Below, piece after piece: positions 28,061 to 42,365 of a stretch of DNA of 64,000 nt. The stretch spans positions 221,732 through 285,731 of the forward strand of contig MU057666.1 in assembly GCA_013265495.1 (NCBI GenBank). The letters run 5' to 3'. The translations under genes were made by a program, and so were the position numbers. The notes beneath the pieces are model-generated. The model was not told the origin of the DNA. It worked only from the letters and a program-made list of their open reading frames with translations, and did not search any database. Every line of letters begins with the position of its first letter. The stretch's first letter is position 1. This DNA comes from Vicugna vicugna (lineage: Eukaryota).

Positions 28061-30297
28061 CCCAGGCTTGGCTTAATTTTAAAATATTCTCCATTAAAAG
28101 AAGTCCTGGTGAATCACAGATTTCAAGGATAAGGTAGGAGAATTCCAAGATGAACCTGGAAGCTCCTGCAGTGCAGAAAGTAGGACAGGGCTTCAGAACC
28201 CTGGGGACAGCCCAGAAGACACAGAGACGAGGCGAGAGGGGATCCCACCAGCCAAAACACGGCTGACTTGAGACACAGAATCAAGTCCTGCCAGTAACAG
28301 ATTATAACCCCGCATTAGGATCCCTGAGTCCTCGCTCATAATAAATGAACAAATAAACACTGACAAGTGCACACAGCAGAATGCCAACTACTACCTGGAG
28401 ATGGAATGAAAACACCCCCACATCACCACTGTTCAGCCACCGCAGTGACAACCGCTTTGTGTGAGAATCACCAACAGGTGCTGAAATCAGTGGGTCAAGT
28501 GTTAACAAGGAGCAAGTTATTTAACGTCTCAAATTATCTCCTTATAAATTACTTATCAACTTCAAACAGAAAAATGGTACAACGCCAGCAGAGAAACTTG
28601 GCAGCCACCATCCTGAGCATGGCCAGTGGTGGGACAGCCTCGTGGTGCACCACACCCCACTCAGGACACATCATCCTTTGGTGCTGTTCCAGCCAGAGGG
28701 CGACTCTGAGCCCAACTGCTGGCTTACTGCCAAGGCTACAGTATTGTCACAGTGAGATGCTGTACAGGTTAAACTGAAGTCTCAGGCCACCTAAGCATCC
28801 TCTCAGAGCCACGAGGCATAACTCATGCATCAGGAATGAGAAGCAAAACAAGCAGACATGCCAACAAGAAAGGGAGCCCTGGTCTTTTGCAAGCAGCTCT
28901 CAGGAAACTCTGAGGCAGAAACTGCTGTTTTCAGCCTGGACACAGAAAACGCCTTTTCCAGCTAATGAAGTGTTAAGGGTTCCACCAGAAGACCTAAAAA
29001 TACAGAATGGCTCTTGACGACACTGATGGAAGGGAGAGGACCCCAGAGCTGCTCTGTTGTGTGCCTGCCTGACTGCATCCCAGGTTTCTGGGCCCGAGGA
29101 GGCCGAGGTCATATCACACTGGTCCCAGCCAGCACACATGCCAAGGTTGCAGCTCTGACACACATGACACTGGGTTCCCGAGCAATCACCTGGCCTCCAG
29201 GTGCCTGGACTTTGGGCAGGCTCTGCAGACCCGCCCGCGGGCTCCCAGCACACCACCAGGTGAAGGCAGCCTTCTGCTCACCAACATGGCATAGACCTCA
29301 TGCTGGGCAGGCTCAGGGAACTGAGGGTAGAGGTTCTGACCTGAGTTCTGACCACCTTGGCTCTGACATCAGGGCTCCTGCCACCAGTAGGACAGGCGGC
29401 CCTGGACAGCGGGGCTGTTCCCTAGCATCAGCCACAGTTGGGGTGAGGGCACCAACGTGGGCCCAGCTCAGAGGGCGGAGCCTCAGAATCTCTTTCCCTA
29501 ACTCCACACTCCTTACCCAGCTTTCATCCAGATGCCCGAAGTATCTTTCAGAAAACAGTGATTCAACAGAAGAGTTTACAGCACGTGCTGAACATTCCTC
29601 CTCATGTCATTTTCACCTGCCCCACCACCACCCCGCAGTCCTTCCATAGCTCCTGGTGTTTATGAGGACTCAGCCCTTCTTAATCATTGTCACCAAGATG
29701 ACCAGGACAGATGGGCGATGTGTGCATGCAGTGCAATGGGCACAAAGGGGGCCCAGGGAACATTTCAACTGTTCCTTTTGCAAGATCTCTGGGAATCCCT
29801 TAAAAGGGAGACAAAACACTAGACAATCAAAAATGCAACTGAAAGTAATACCCAAAAATCAGCTCCCGTGTTGCCTGATTCTGCTCCCCACCCCCTGCCC
29901 CCACTATAACGTATTTTCTGGACTTGCCAACACTGGGTTCTGTTGTGTTTCACCTTTGGAGATGCTGGTTCTAAGCACTGGGCAAAAATGATTTAAGGGA
30001 CATAATAGAAATTCATTCCAAAGGTTCCAAATGGACTAACCTAAGCAACGAACATCTTGCAAACAATGCCCATGACTTAAACAGATATTCAGAAGCACAA
30101 CAAGCACTTATATACCCTTGCTATCAGGGTGTGCTCTCCTTTGAGATCACGTGGGAAAAAATGTGTATTTAACAGTATGCCTAATAACTACTATTTCTGC
30201 AAAATAAAAAATGTACATCTTCTTTGACCATATGGCAAAAACTCTAGAAGACATTTTTACAATGGAAATCATTAGTAATTTAACTATTTCCATCTAC

Positions 30298-30357
30298 ATA
30301 AATATAAATAAATATAAATATAAATATAAATATAAATATAAATATAAATATAAATAT
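30298..30357. repeat. (ATAAAT)n microsatellite
   Basis: Seen directly. Confidence 0.9.
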
Positions 30358-31626
30358 GATTTCTAGCTTTTCTATAATTATGGGGAATTACTTGTATAAT
30401 AAAAATATTTTTTCAGTTAATTCTAACTCTATAACAACTTTAAAAACACCTGTTTCAAAAAAAGTGAGCACTCAGAAGGGAGCTGACAGGGATGAGTGGT
30501 CTCTCAAGTTTGGTTCTTGTGGCTTATGCCCAGCCAGGCATGGGGACCCCCAACCCAAGGAGGCTCCTCCACCTGTGGCCCCTGTGGCCACAGCCACATG
30601 TCCCCTCTGCTGCCCGGGGCTGGGCCAATGGCTCTGATGCACAGCTCCACACACCAGGAACAGGCCTGCCTCCCCACAAGGAAAGCAACGCTGGGTCCCA
30701 GACAGATGAGGGCACCAACAGTTATGATCAGGCTGCAGGAGAGACTCTCTTCTGCCCTCAGGGTCAAAGCTCAGCTTCTCTGGATCAAGACACAAAAATC
30801 TAGGCCTAGAAGTCAGCCGTGATTAAGTCAACACATGGTGGGATGTTCAGATGCAGTAATGAAGCAAAGTAAAAACCAAAGACACTTATTTTTAAGCAGT
30901 GACAGACAGACGCTCACATACACACACACACACTGTCTCTTACACACCCACCATCACTCATATTCCCCACTTCTCTCACTATTACTCACTCACACACTCT
31001 TACATACATGCACATTCCTGCATGTGCTGACACAGAACAGGGCACAGAGAGGACGAGCCTCAGGCAAGTGGATGTCCAGAGTGCAGGGGCCACCCCAGGG
31101 CCACCTCAGGACGTGGGCCACACACAAGGCGGGACTGCATGACCCTGCGGCCAGCAGCCATGCCACCCACCCAGTGGATCGCTTTGTGCTGCTCAATATG
31201 AGTGAAATGGTAGGTGGGTGGGATGGTGGCTGACCAGCTGATCCTCATGTTCCCCAACATCTCAGAGTAGAACCAACGGAAAGAGAGGCACCCAGGACGT
31301 TCCAACATCTGCAGGCTTCAAAGTGTGCACGCAGTGCCGACCCCGCAGCCGCCGTCAGCATGCAGCACAGGGTTCACCCTGAGCCACGGGGGGTGCTCCG
31401 GACGGGAGCCCCGGCCCTGCCACGTGGTCTGCACGAGCCATGACCACGCCACACTCCCAAGGGCCAGCCCAAGGCTGCACCTGAAAACATGGGAGACCAG
31501 GAGGGCCTGCGCACCCTGGATGTGGGAAATGATGGGGGACAGGGGGCAGGGTGGAGGCCCTGGGACCATCCTGCTAGGTGCCCATTGGCAGGGGCACCCA
31601 GCACCATCCCTGAGGTGGTGAGCTCA

Positions 31627-31834
<208 letters not shown>

Positions 31835-33317
31835 CTACTGGACCAGAGATGGGGTGTGAGGACAGAACCGGGCCTGGCACAGCAGGCTCCATCCCCTACA
31901 TGAGCAGTGGTGGGGGGCGGGGTGGACAGACCAGGGTGTGGGTGGTGAAGGGCTGCACTGTGGGGCCTGAGGGCTAGGCCAAGTGCACACGGGGGCCTGG
32001 CAGGGGACTTGCGCGTGCTGCCCACACCCCAATTCAGCACGTCCTCTCCACTGCTCCTGCAATGCCCTCTTTTTCACAGTTGCCCCCTGGGGCCACTGTC
32101 CTTTCACCACTGTGGTCACCTCCCCACTGTCCACTGCTGGCCTCCAACCTCCTCACAGGGCAGAGAGCACTGGGATGTGTCCACAGCCACCTGCTGGCAG
32201 GCTGTGTGTCCTCAGGTGTTGGCCTGAGTCAGCATCCCTAAGGTGCCTGAAGGTATTCCAAAGCATAGCCTCACCACAGAGAGGCCAGCACGTTCAGAGC
32301 CAGCCTCCCAGGCTGTCACACTGACTGTCCAGAAACCTGTCCAGGTCTGCACTAGCCACCACGGCAGCCACTGGCCACATACAGCAACGGGAACATGACT
32401 GGTCTGAACTGAGTTGCACCGTGTGTGAGACACACACAAGATTTCAGAAACTGAACGTGAAAACAAAGAACGTAAGCTACCCACGTCAGTGTGCTTTTAT
32501 AATGATTGTATGTTGAACTGTTCATTTGGGGGCATAGTGGGTTAAATAAAACAGATTATTAAAATTAATGTCCCCTATTTCTTTTTCCTTTTCTAATGTG
32601 ATGTTTAAAACAATCTCCATGGCCATATTCTACTTGTACTGGGCAGCATGGGTCTCGATCAAAGCCTCAACCAATGTTTTTAATCTGAAGCATGTAAGAC
32701 CAAGGACAATGAAGATACTGTGACCCAGAACAAGCCAGGCTGCAGGAAGGGCCCCTGGGGGCCTCCGATCCCAGACAGCCGCTGGATCCTGAGGAAGCGC
32801 TGGAGGGCTCACTCACCCCCACCCCACAGAGATGCTCTCTGCTCAGAGGGCGCCCCAAGGGGACACCTCCACCCCAGAAGCTGCTTCTCAGGAACAGTCT
32901 TCCTGGAGTTCTTGCCTGCAGCCTTTACTCTCGGAAGATTGAGATGGCACAGAATCCTTCATTTGCACTTCCTTCCCGCTGGCGATCAGATTTTCTGTCC
33001 TTGATCACACTGCTCAGACACACAGGGGATTTTCCTTCTCCTTTAAAGTCCAATACTTTCACTACAATAGTCCTTGGTGTTGGCCACCTTGGGTCAGTTT
33101 TTCCAGGCATGTGATATAGGCTTTATATATATATATATATATATATATACACTCCATTTACCATTTCATCAAAGTTTTCTTGAGATACCGTTTTTAATAT
33201 TTGTTCCATTTTGTTGCTTTGGTTTTTGTCCTCAGGGATGTCTATGATATGTGTGTTAGATCTTCACTGACCATCTTCTACATGATTTTCTCTCAACCCT
33301 TTTTATTTGTCTGTCTT

Positions 33318-33320
33318 TTT

Positions 33321-33383
<63 letters not shown>

Positions 33384-34218
33384 CTTTCTTTCTCTTTCTT
33401 TCTTTCTATTGAGGTATAGTCAGTTTACAATGTTGTGTCAATTTCTGGTGCATAGCAAAATTCCTCAGTCATACATGAACATACACATATATTCATTTTT
33501 ACATTCTTTTTTTTACCATAAGCTACTACAAGATATTGAATATAGTTCCCTGTGCTATACAGTATAAATTTGTTTATCTATTTTACATGTACCAGTCAAT
33601 ATCTGCAAATCTCAAACTCACAGTTTATCCCTTCCCACCTCCCTCTCCACTGGCAACCACAAGTCTGTATTCTATGTCTGTGAGCCTGTTTCTGTTTTAC
33701 ATTTAGTTCATTTGTGTTTTGTTTTGTTTTGTTTTTTAATTCCATATATGAGTGATATTTTTCTTTCTCTTTCAGGCTTACTTCACTAGAATGACATTCT
33801 CCAGGGCCACCCATGTTGCTGCAGATGGCACTATTTTATCACTTTTAATGGATGAGTAGTATTTCATTGTATAAATATATCACAACCTCTATATCCAGTC
33901 ATCTGTTGATGGACATTTAGGTTGTTTCCATGTCTTGGCTATTGTAAATAATGCTGCTATGAAGAGTGGGGTGCATGTATCTTTTCCAATTAGAGTTCCT
34001 TCTGGATACATGCCCAGGAGTGAGACTGCTGGATCACATGGTAAGTCTATTCTTAGTATTTTTGAGGAATTTCCATACTGTTTTTCTATAGTGGCTGCAC
34101 CAAACTGAATCCCCACCAGCAGTGTAAGAGGGTTCCCTTTTCTTCACACCTTCCCCAGAGTTTATCATTCGTGGACTTTTTAATGATGGTCATTCTGACT
34201 AGTGTGTGGTGATATCTT
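33318..34218 (-). mobile_element. L1 3' fragment with a (TTTC)n tail-derived microsatellite (33318-33405)
   Basis: ORF 33889-34116 ([27 protein letters not shown]); same family as the 100-3170 element. Confidence 0.93.
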
Positions 34219-37200
34219 TATAACCCATTCTTAAAAGAAACAAATATTTATATAATCTTCAATCAATTACTTTTTTTGTGAGTCTCATCCCAGTAAAAAA
34301 AGAAGTGGTTTTTTATTTGCTCACTTAGATGAAGATATGTGGAAAAATTATAATCATCATTTTTTAGAACTTTTAAATTGTTACTACTATAAAAACAAAG
34401 ATTTTAAAAATATCTAATAACCTAATGCTGGGTAAAAAGCATTATGTATGCTACAGTTTTATTAACAAATTTTTAGGACTTCTGAAAAAATTGAGAATTA
34501 CAAACAATATATTAGAAGTTGGATAAGTGGTGACAGTCCAAAAACTTATTTTTTAAAGGTTGGAATCACCCATGCAAGGTGAAGCTGGGGCAGAGACGTG
34601 AATAACACAACTACAAACAGTGAGGCAGGTAACAGAACATCAGTGCCGCAGGCCAAGCACATCACCAGCGAGGACGAGGGGGACCGCGCTGACTGCACGA
34701 GCCCGATCTACAAAGGGCAGCTACTGCCCCACCTCTCTGCTCCAAACGGTGGGAACACAGCTGGCCAGTGACTGGATTTTCAAATCATCCCTAAAAATAC
34801 AGAAATCCATAAGCCTCATCGAGAAATTTTCCAATTTTTCAATGCTGATCACTAGTTGAAATTCAAAGACATTGCATATCAACAAAGCACATCTCTAAGG
34901 TGGTTCAGTCCAGAGGCCACCTTTAGGCTAAAACATGAAAACTGCTTTCAAAGGGGTATGAGAGGCAATGAATAAAATGCTCAGCCTTTGAGATAAAACT
35001 GGTTTGGGTCTGAATGTCTAGTTCACCACTTAGCATGGGCATGATGATAGAAAACTTATTTCTTCAAGCCTGCTCCTTCAAATGTAAAACATCACCACTC
35101 TCTCATAAATGTTGAAAAGTGATGCTTTTAACACAGTACCAGATACACAGCAGACATCATAGAAATGTCCCTTACACTGACTGCCCTACCCTGCAAGTCT
35201 GTAGGATAAATTAAAAGATATCAGATAATAAACACCCTGGAAAACCTTCAGCAAGTTATAAAAAGTAGATCAGAAAACTGAGAGGTGCTTGTCATGCCCA
35301 CTTCCCTCAAACCCTGCTACTCAGAGAGGCCCTGCACATACACAGGGAAGGTACTGTTAATGTAGGGGATGGCTTGAAATGGGCCTTCTTAAAATGAGAC
35401 AGCTAACTGGATTGTCAATCTCAGGTTAAAAAGCTGAAGAGTCCAAGCCCGTTAAAGCTAAAGACAAAAAAAGTCTGTCTCTTAGTAATTTCACAGACCC
35501 TTACTTGCTGGTAGAAGTGAAACAGCTTACTTAAGCTTTGATACTTTTCTAACTTTTGGCCAAACTTCCAGAAAATGGATTTCTATATAATGCGTGGAGC
35601 AAAGCATTTATCCAGATTTTTCAATCTAAAAAAATATCATAATCTAAAGTTCATTTAAAGTATGATTTCATTAAACCAAAACATGGGACTGAATTTACTG
35701 CTACAGTTAAAATACCCTTTGACCTCTCAAACACACAAGTTAATTTTTTTAAGGAGAAAAAGAAAAGACAGTAACTCATCAATGTATTTTTTAAAAAAGT
35801 AATACTCACACATACATAAAAATTAACTGGGCTACACCTAATCATGGCAGTTCCAATACATTTCTAATGTGGTTATAAATAACAAAGAAAAGCATTTGTA
35901 AATATTTGAGTACATGTCTATACAGACACTTACTGAACTCTAGAAAATTTATGATGTCTTCCTACAAAAGCAGCACAGGCTGGGGCATGTGCTAGAAATG
36001 GAGGCATTAGGGAAGTTTAAGTTTTGTGAGTCTAAACACATTAATTCTCTTTTCCAGCTTCCCCCTCCTCACATTAAGTGCAAGAAAAATGAATGCAATT
36101 CAGTGATTGACAAATTGGATGGTGGAACAACTGAAAAAGGACTCTGTACCTAAAAATTCACTACAGTGTCTCCTAATCTACACAAACATGTTCATCCTCT
36201 CATATGAGAACATGAATGTGTTCTATTCTACACATCACCCTCATATAAACTTCTTGCAAACTGGACCATAAATAGCTCTGACTTGTAGATAAAAATATTA
36301 TATATTAAATAAAATTACAGTTATCTCCATGTACCCAAAAGCTACAACCTTAACCACTAATTTTAAAATGGAAGAGTTCTAAATCTTTTTGAAAAAATTC
36401 TGCTTAAAACAAACATCAAAAACTAAGTAGCCTTTTAACCAATGTTTAACTCAAAATGATACTTTGTAGATGACTCTAGAGTTCTGAATTTAGAAAACTT
36501 TTGTTTAACAAGGATCTTAGCCCACAAAGATAAAAAGTAAACTTACCTTTTCTTCGATGATCAGGCCACACCAATTTCTGTTCTTACTGTTTCATGATTG
36601 AAAAACAAAGGATGTCATACATACTATTACTCATCGGCAGTTTAAACTGCCTCACGTGGTTTGTCTTATTTTACCACCTCATAGAAATCAGTGTGTAACA
36701 AAAAAGTGAAAACAGAGAGAAAAGTGATTTGTTAAAGCCATATGTAGAACATAAATACAGACGTTAAAGGAAAGGCCCTTATAGAGGGTCTGTATCTACA
36801 ATAGTTTAAACTAAACATCTACTAGAAACTCCTAACTTGAAATGTTTCTCTGGCAAATGAACACTATGAAGTGTAAAGCAGAATTCTACCTACAAAGTAT
36901 CATCCAGACCAAACAGAAGACGGGACAAAACTACGCCTGGTTCCACAGTCATAAGTCAAAGGGACAAAGGAAAGAAAAGAAACCATCCTTGACATGAAAT
37001 ACTCGGATATTTTCTAAATTATCAAATTAGTCTATAAGCATCCAAAACATTCAGGAAAAAATTTCAATCCAAAGCTTTTAAACACAGTTTGAGGTCTTTA
37101 ACTGCACTATGGGGAAGTCAAAAAGCTAACCTAAAATAAAGCACTTTATACAGCAACCAAATGATGCAGCTGGTCCTGGAACACACTGGAAATAAAAATC

Positions 37201-37499
37201 ATCTTCAAAACCTGAGTAATCAAGAAATTACATGCTTTATCAAACTTTAACGCCAACCTGTGGGGTGGGGTGGAAGGTTGCCACTGTTTCCACAATCCAC
37301 TAACTGTCCTAAATGTCTCCTCCACCTGAGAGTTTAAGAAAACTCTTCAAGTTGGGTCACCCAGGGACCATCCCTCTAAAAGACCCAAAATAACGCAGCC
37401 TACAGAACAAACAACATTTAGAACCGGCTTTATCTTTCTCCCCACCAAACACTTTCCCTTAAGCAACAGAATGTTTTCACTGAACGAAAACACACCCTC

Positions 37500-37740
37500 T
37501 TGCTCTCTCTCCAAACTACCGGGCGGAGGCGGGGCACTGTGCGGAGCAGCAGCTGCCCGGCTCGGACACGCAGGACTCCGCTCTCACCGCTCCACCCGAG
37601 GCCCTTCCGCAGAACCGGGTCGGTCTGGATCGTCGCGCCCGGTGAAGACCAGGACACCGGCCTGGCCTGGCCCGGCCTGGCTGCAAACACCCCCACTGCC
37701 CACAACCTGGAATTGGCCACCAGGCGGGAGCTGGGGTTAG
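37500..37740. promoter_or_regulatory. Small CpG-island fragment with GC boxes
   Basis: Dense CpG and gggcggaggcgggg (Sp1-type) within AT-rich flanks. Confidence 0.55.
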
Positions 37741-38959
37741 GAGTTGAGAAAGTCTTACTTTGCACTAACTTTAATCCTAAGAGTTATGCCCCTCTTGGGG
37801 TCTCGCAGATCTCCCAAGAACCTTTACTGGATTACTGGTTACTCACTGGTGGATATTTGAAAACAATGATACAATATAAAACTTGAAAGCAATAATGAAA
37901 ATCGACTATATTATTTGATATATAAAACATTGAATTAGGAAAAAATATATGTTAAGAATAAGGGCAATAACATGATGGTGTGTATAGCACATTATGAACA
38001 ACTAGGGCTGAACACATATTCTTTTACATTCATTCTGTATTTCATTGAACAACAATCTTCTGGCATTAGTTTCCTCTTTATGTACACTGGATGTCTAATT
38101 TTTAACAATATTGTTGTAAACGCAGATTGATGAAATTGGGTCTAGGCCATGCAAAAGTCCACAATCTACTGCTTAAGAGACAAATTATAAAAATTAATTA
38201 TGTCATAAGTCTCATCATAGTTATGTGATTCATAGAGGAGGCAAATTTTTATTTATATTTTGTAGATGAACAGTTTACAGTTTGATGGGAGCTGGGCTAG
38301 AGAATGAAAATTCTAAGTTGAAACAAGAGTAGCAAATGCATGGAGACAGGAAAGAGTCTACAAGGAGGAGCAGCTGCATATTGTTTATGATGCCTTTTGT
38401 GGGGTGACTAGGAGAGTATATGGGGAGATACACAGTATCCAGAGAGTTAAGGGTGTTGTGCCCTCTGCTAGTTAACTGGAAGTTAATTTTATTAGTAATG
38501 TGTAGTCATTGAGAGGTTTAAAACACAAAAAGTGTGGTCAGTTCTGAGTTTTAGTAAGAATATTCTGTTCACAATGTAAAAGTTATGGGGGAAGGAGGTA
38601 TACGACCTAGAGCAGTGATTCACAATCTGGATAGATTGTAATAAGAGTTACACAGAGAGTTAAAAAAAAAAAAAACTCCACATATTCTGGTTAACATCCC
38701 AAACTTAAAGAATCATATAGGACTGGAACTTGAGAAGCTATGGTTTTTAAAAGCCCACTTATTAGTTATATATTGCTAGATAAGAAGTTATCACAAACTT
38801 TGCAGCTAAAACAACATTCATTACCTCAGAGTTTCTATGGGTCAGGAATTGGAACATTGTTGAGCCAGGCCTTTAGCTTTTAAATCTCTCACAAGGCTGT
38901 AATCAGGATGTTGACCAGGACTGGAGTTTCATGTGAAAACTGTGATCAAACACTGTAGA

Positions 38960-41100
38960 AAACACTTTTTTAACTTCAAGAATTAAAGTCAAGCCAAGTA
39001 TATGAATTCATCATAATACAATGTTAAAAAAATGATGATAAAAATATAACTAGAAATTTATATATAATACACATATATGTAAAACCTATAGGTAAGAGAA
39101 AATTTTATTTTGAAAATTATAAAATGTTTTTAAATGAACAATACTGATAATACTACACATTAAACTTTCAAGATGCAGCCAAATCACTGATTTCAGTGAA
39201 ATTCAAGGACTCAGAGCCATATGATAGTAAAGAATTAAAGTTGAAAACAAGCTAAATATCAGTCTCTACATGTGATAAAAATACAGACAAAGTAGAATAA
39301 AACAAAATAAAAATGAAAGCATACTTAATGAAACAGAAAACCAATATACACTAATGGGATCAAAGCGTCCAAAATGTTGGTACTCTGTGAAACTGTTAAA
39401 GCTAGAGTGGCGTATCAAAAGAAATGAGATCCATGTTCCAAATTGCTAAGAATCCAAAATGCATCAAGAAAATATTGTCACAGTCTGAAAAACAAGAAAG
39501 GACCAAATAATCTATAAAATCATGTTTTAAAAATCCACCTTGGGTTATCTCACAAGGTAGGAATATAAACTGAATTCCAAAGGGTCCAAATCTCCTTTGA
39601 GAAGCCATATAAACTTGTTGATCACTAGTAAATTATAGAGATTAGAATAAATTAAATAAAATGTTAATGAATTTCTTGACTGAGTGAGGGCTAGAATCTT
39701 GAGAAACCTTGACATAAGAGGAATCCACACATACTCATAAAAAATGTCCCATAGGCCTCCATCAGGTGCTCATAAGAAACAGCAGGTGTCGGGAAGGAGA
39801 TGTGTGACATCCTTGGCTGGACAGGCTGACTGCACTTCCCAAGGTTTGAGGTGCAGCAGGAAGACCTGGAGAACCTAGGAGCCTGCAAGCACTCAACAAA
39901 ACCTTGCACTGAGTAACAAAAACAGCAGTCTACCATTGGAATAGGTCAAGGACACAGAGAGAGACTGTCTAAGACAGGTCTGCAGGTCTGCTAAAAGTTG
40001 AGGGTGGAACAGGAATACTCAGGAAATCCTCAGACCTCCCACTCAGAGCAATGCCATGGCAGAATCCCACTGGAGGAACGGGAAGCTTGTTGTCTGCTTG
40101 ATGTAGCTATAGCAACAACAGAGCCCAGCCAGGTGGGTTACAACTGCATTGAATCAATGCTCCCCACAATCATCCTAACTGAAAATTTTCAAACATAAAT
40201 TATCTCAATATCTACAATTTTTTCACAATGCCAAGCATACAATAAAAATAGAGTCAAGCAGAAAACAAAAACAAAACATGTTAAAACTATACATTATAAT
40301 GAGATAAGATGAGGAACAGAACAAAAATCAGAGTTAGACCAAATGTTGGAACAATCAGACAGGGCAGGGATTTAAAATCGCTATTATTATTATGTTGAAG
40401 GATCTAGTGGGAAGGTGAAAAACACACATGAACATATATGAAATGAAATGGAAACTACTTACAGAGTTAAATGAAAATCCTATAAAAGTAAAGCACAATA
40501 TCAGAGATTAAGAATTATTTTAATGGAATGAACTAAAAAAGACATGGGCAAATTGGTGGAAGAAACAGAGAACCTGAGATAGAGCAATACTAATTAACCA
40601 CATGGAAATCAAAGACAAACAGAAAAAAATGACAACTGAGCATTCAATAGCTGAGAACATCCCACAGGACAATGTCTAAAGGTTTATTGTAGGTAATTGG
40701 AAAAATCAAAATAGAAGTAAAGAAGAAAGGAGAAAACATATTTGAAAGGAAAATGGCCAGGAATTTTCTAAAAGTAATGAAAGGCAAACAAATGTCAGAT
40801 CAAAAGCTCACTGAACCCCAAGCAAAAGAAATAGAAGATAGATATGGCCATGTACCTCACAGACTAGCAATAAAAACCAAGTATAAAGAGAAAAGCTTGT
40901 AGGCAATTAGTGAAAAAATGAAATACTACATATAGAGCAACAAAAATTAGGATTCAAAGCAAACATTGCTAGAAATTATAAAAACTGGGAGAAAGTACAA
41001 TAACATCTCTAAAGAGCTGAAGGAAAAATGTCAACCAGAATTATCTATATAGTAACAATATTTTTAAAGTGAATGCAAAATAAAGACTTTGGAAGTATAG
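38960..41100 (+). mobile_element. Old L1M fragments (ORF2 piece, 5'UTR/ORF1 remnant)
   Basis: A-rich sense strand with ORF1-like motifs (gaaaatggccaggaattttctaaa, tgtcaaccagaatt..tat). Confidence 0.65.
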
Positions 41101-41104
41101 CTTT

Positions 41105-41800
41105 TGAACCCTTGTACCCTGTTGGTGGGAATGTAAATTAGTGTAGCCACTATAAAAAATGGTATAGGGGTTTCTCACAAAACTAAAACTACAACTATCA
41201 TATGATCCAGCATTTCCATTCCTGTGTTTGTATCTGAAAAATCAAAAACACTAATTTGAAAAGACACCTACATCCCAATGTTTATAGCAACACTATTTAC
41301 AATAGCCAAGATATGGAAGCAACACAAGTCCATATCAACACCTGAATTGATAGAGAAGATGTGGTGTATGTATATGTAAATATATATATATAAAGTAATA
41401 TTACTTAGTCCTATAAAAGAATGAAACTCTGCCATTTGCAGCAATGTGGGTCAGCCTAGAGAACAGTATGCTTAGTGAAATAAGTCAGACCGAGAAAGAC
41501 AAATACTGTGTGATATCATTTATCTGTGGAATGTGAAAAATAATATAAAACAGAAACAGACTCACAGATGTAGAAAACTAGTGGTTACCAGTGAGGAGAG
41601 GGAAGGACGGGGGGGGCAAATTAGGGGTACACCATTAAAAGACACACACTACAATGTATAAAACAGACATCTAACAAGGAGACATTGCACAGCACAGGGA
41701 AGTATAGCCATTATTTTATAATAGCTTTGAATATAGTCTGTAAAAATGATGAATTGCTATGCTGTACTATGCTGTACAGCATAGTAATTTTTCAAAAAAG
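41105..41800 (+). mobile_element. L1 3' fragment
   Basis: ctgttggtgggaatgtaaattagtgtagccac...tgcttagtgaaataagtcagaccgagaaagacaaatac. Confidence 0.9.
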
Positions 41801-41954
41801 GAAAAACATAGAGGCAGGGGTTGGGAGGGGGTCAGGTATTGCCAAAACTTTAAGGACTAGCCACTTACGAGAATATTAAATGCATTTTAAAAAGTCAAAA
41901 AAAAAAAAGCTGACAGGATTCACTGCCATCAGGCTTTCACTTTAAGAACTGCTG

Positions 41955-42365
41955 AAGGTGGGTGCGTCGGGCTGCGGGAAAAGGTGGCCACTCCACAGTC
42001 GGTCCCTGGCCCGGCCACCTGATTTCCCGCCCGGACCCGCGCTGCGCCTCCGCCTGCGGCTGGGGCCGGCCGGGCCGCGTGGGAGGCGCCGGAGCGCCGC
42101 CTGTCGGCCGCCGGGCTTCCCCCACCCCCCGACCCCGCGGAGCGCCTGGGGAGCAGGGAGCAGGGAGGGTCCGGCGGCCGTCGGGGCGGCGGCCGCTCGC
42201 GTTCGGGGGCCGGGCTGGGGGCGGCTGGCGGTGCGGGGTCCCGCGGGCACGAGGAGAGGAGTCCGGGGAAGGCCGCGTCCACCTGGGTGCTCAAGGGCTC
42301 GCGAGGGGTCCTGGATGGAGCAGATCCCATCCCCCGACTCGCCTTGACGTGGGCGGAGGAGGACC
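41955..42365. promoter_or_regulatory. CpG island resembling a first-exon/first-intron region
   Basis: About 400 bp, extremely GC- and CpG-rich. It begins right after gaag|gtgggt (donor-like) and is followed by T-rich intron-like sequence on +. Confidence 0.7.

Noticed and set aside
29014..29649. Longest ORF (211 aa)
   Set aside because: GC-rich sequence antisense to a CYFIP1 intron, with a non-ATG start and no recognisable homology.
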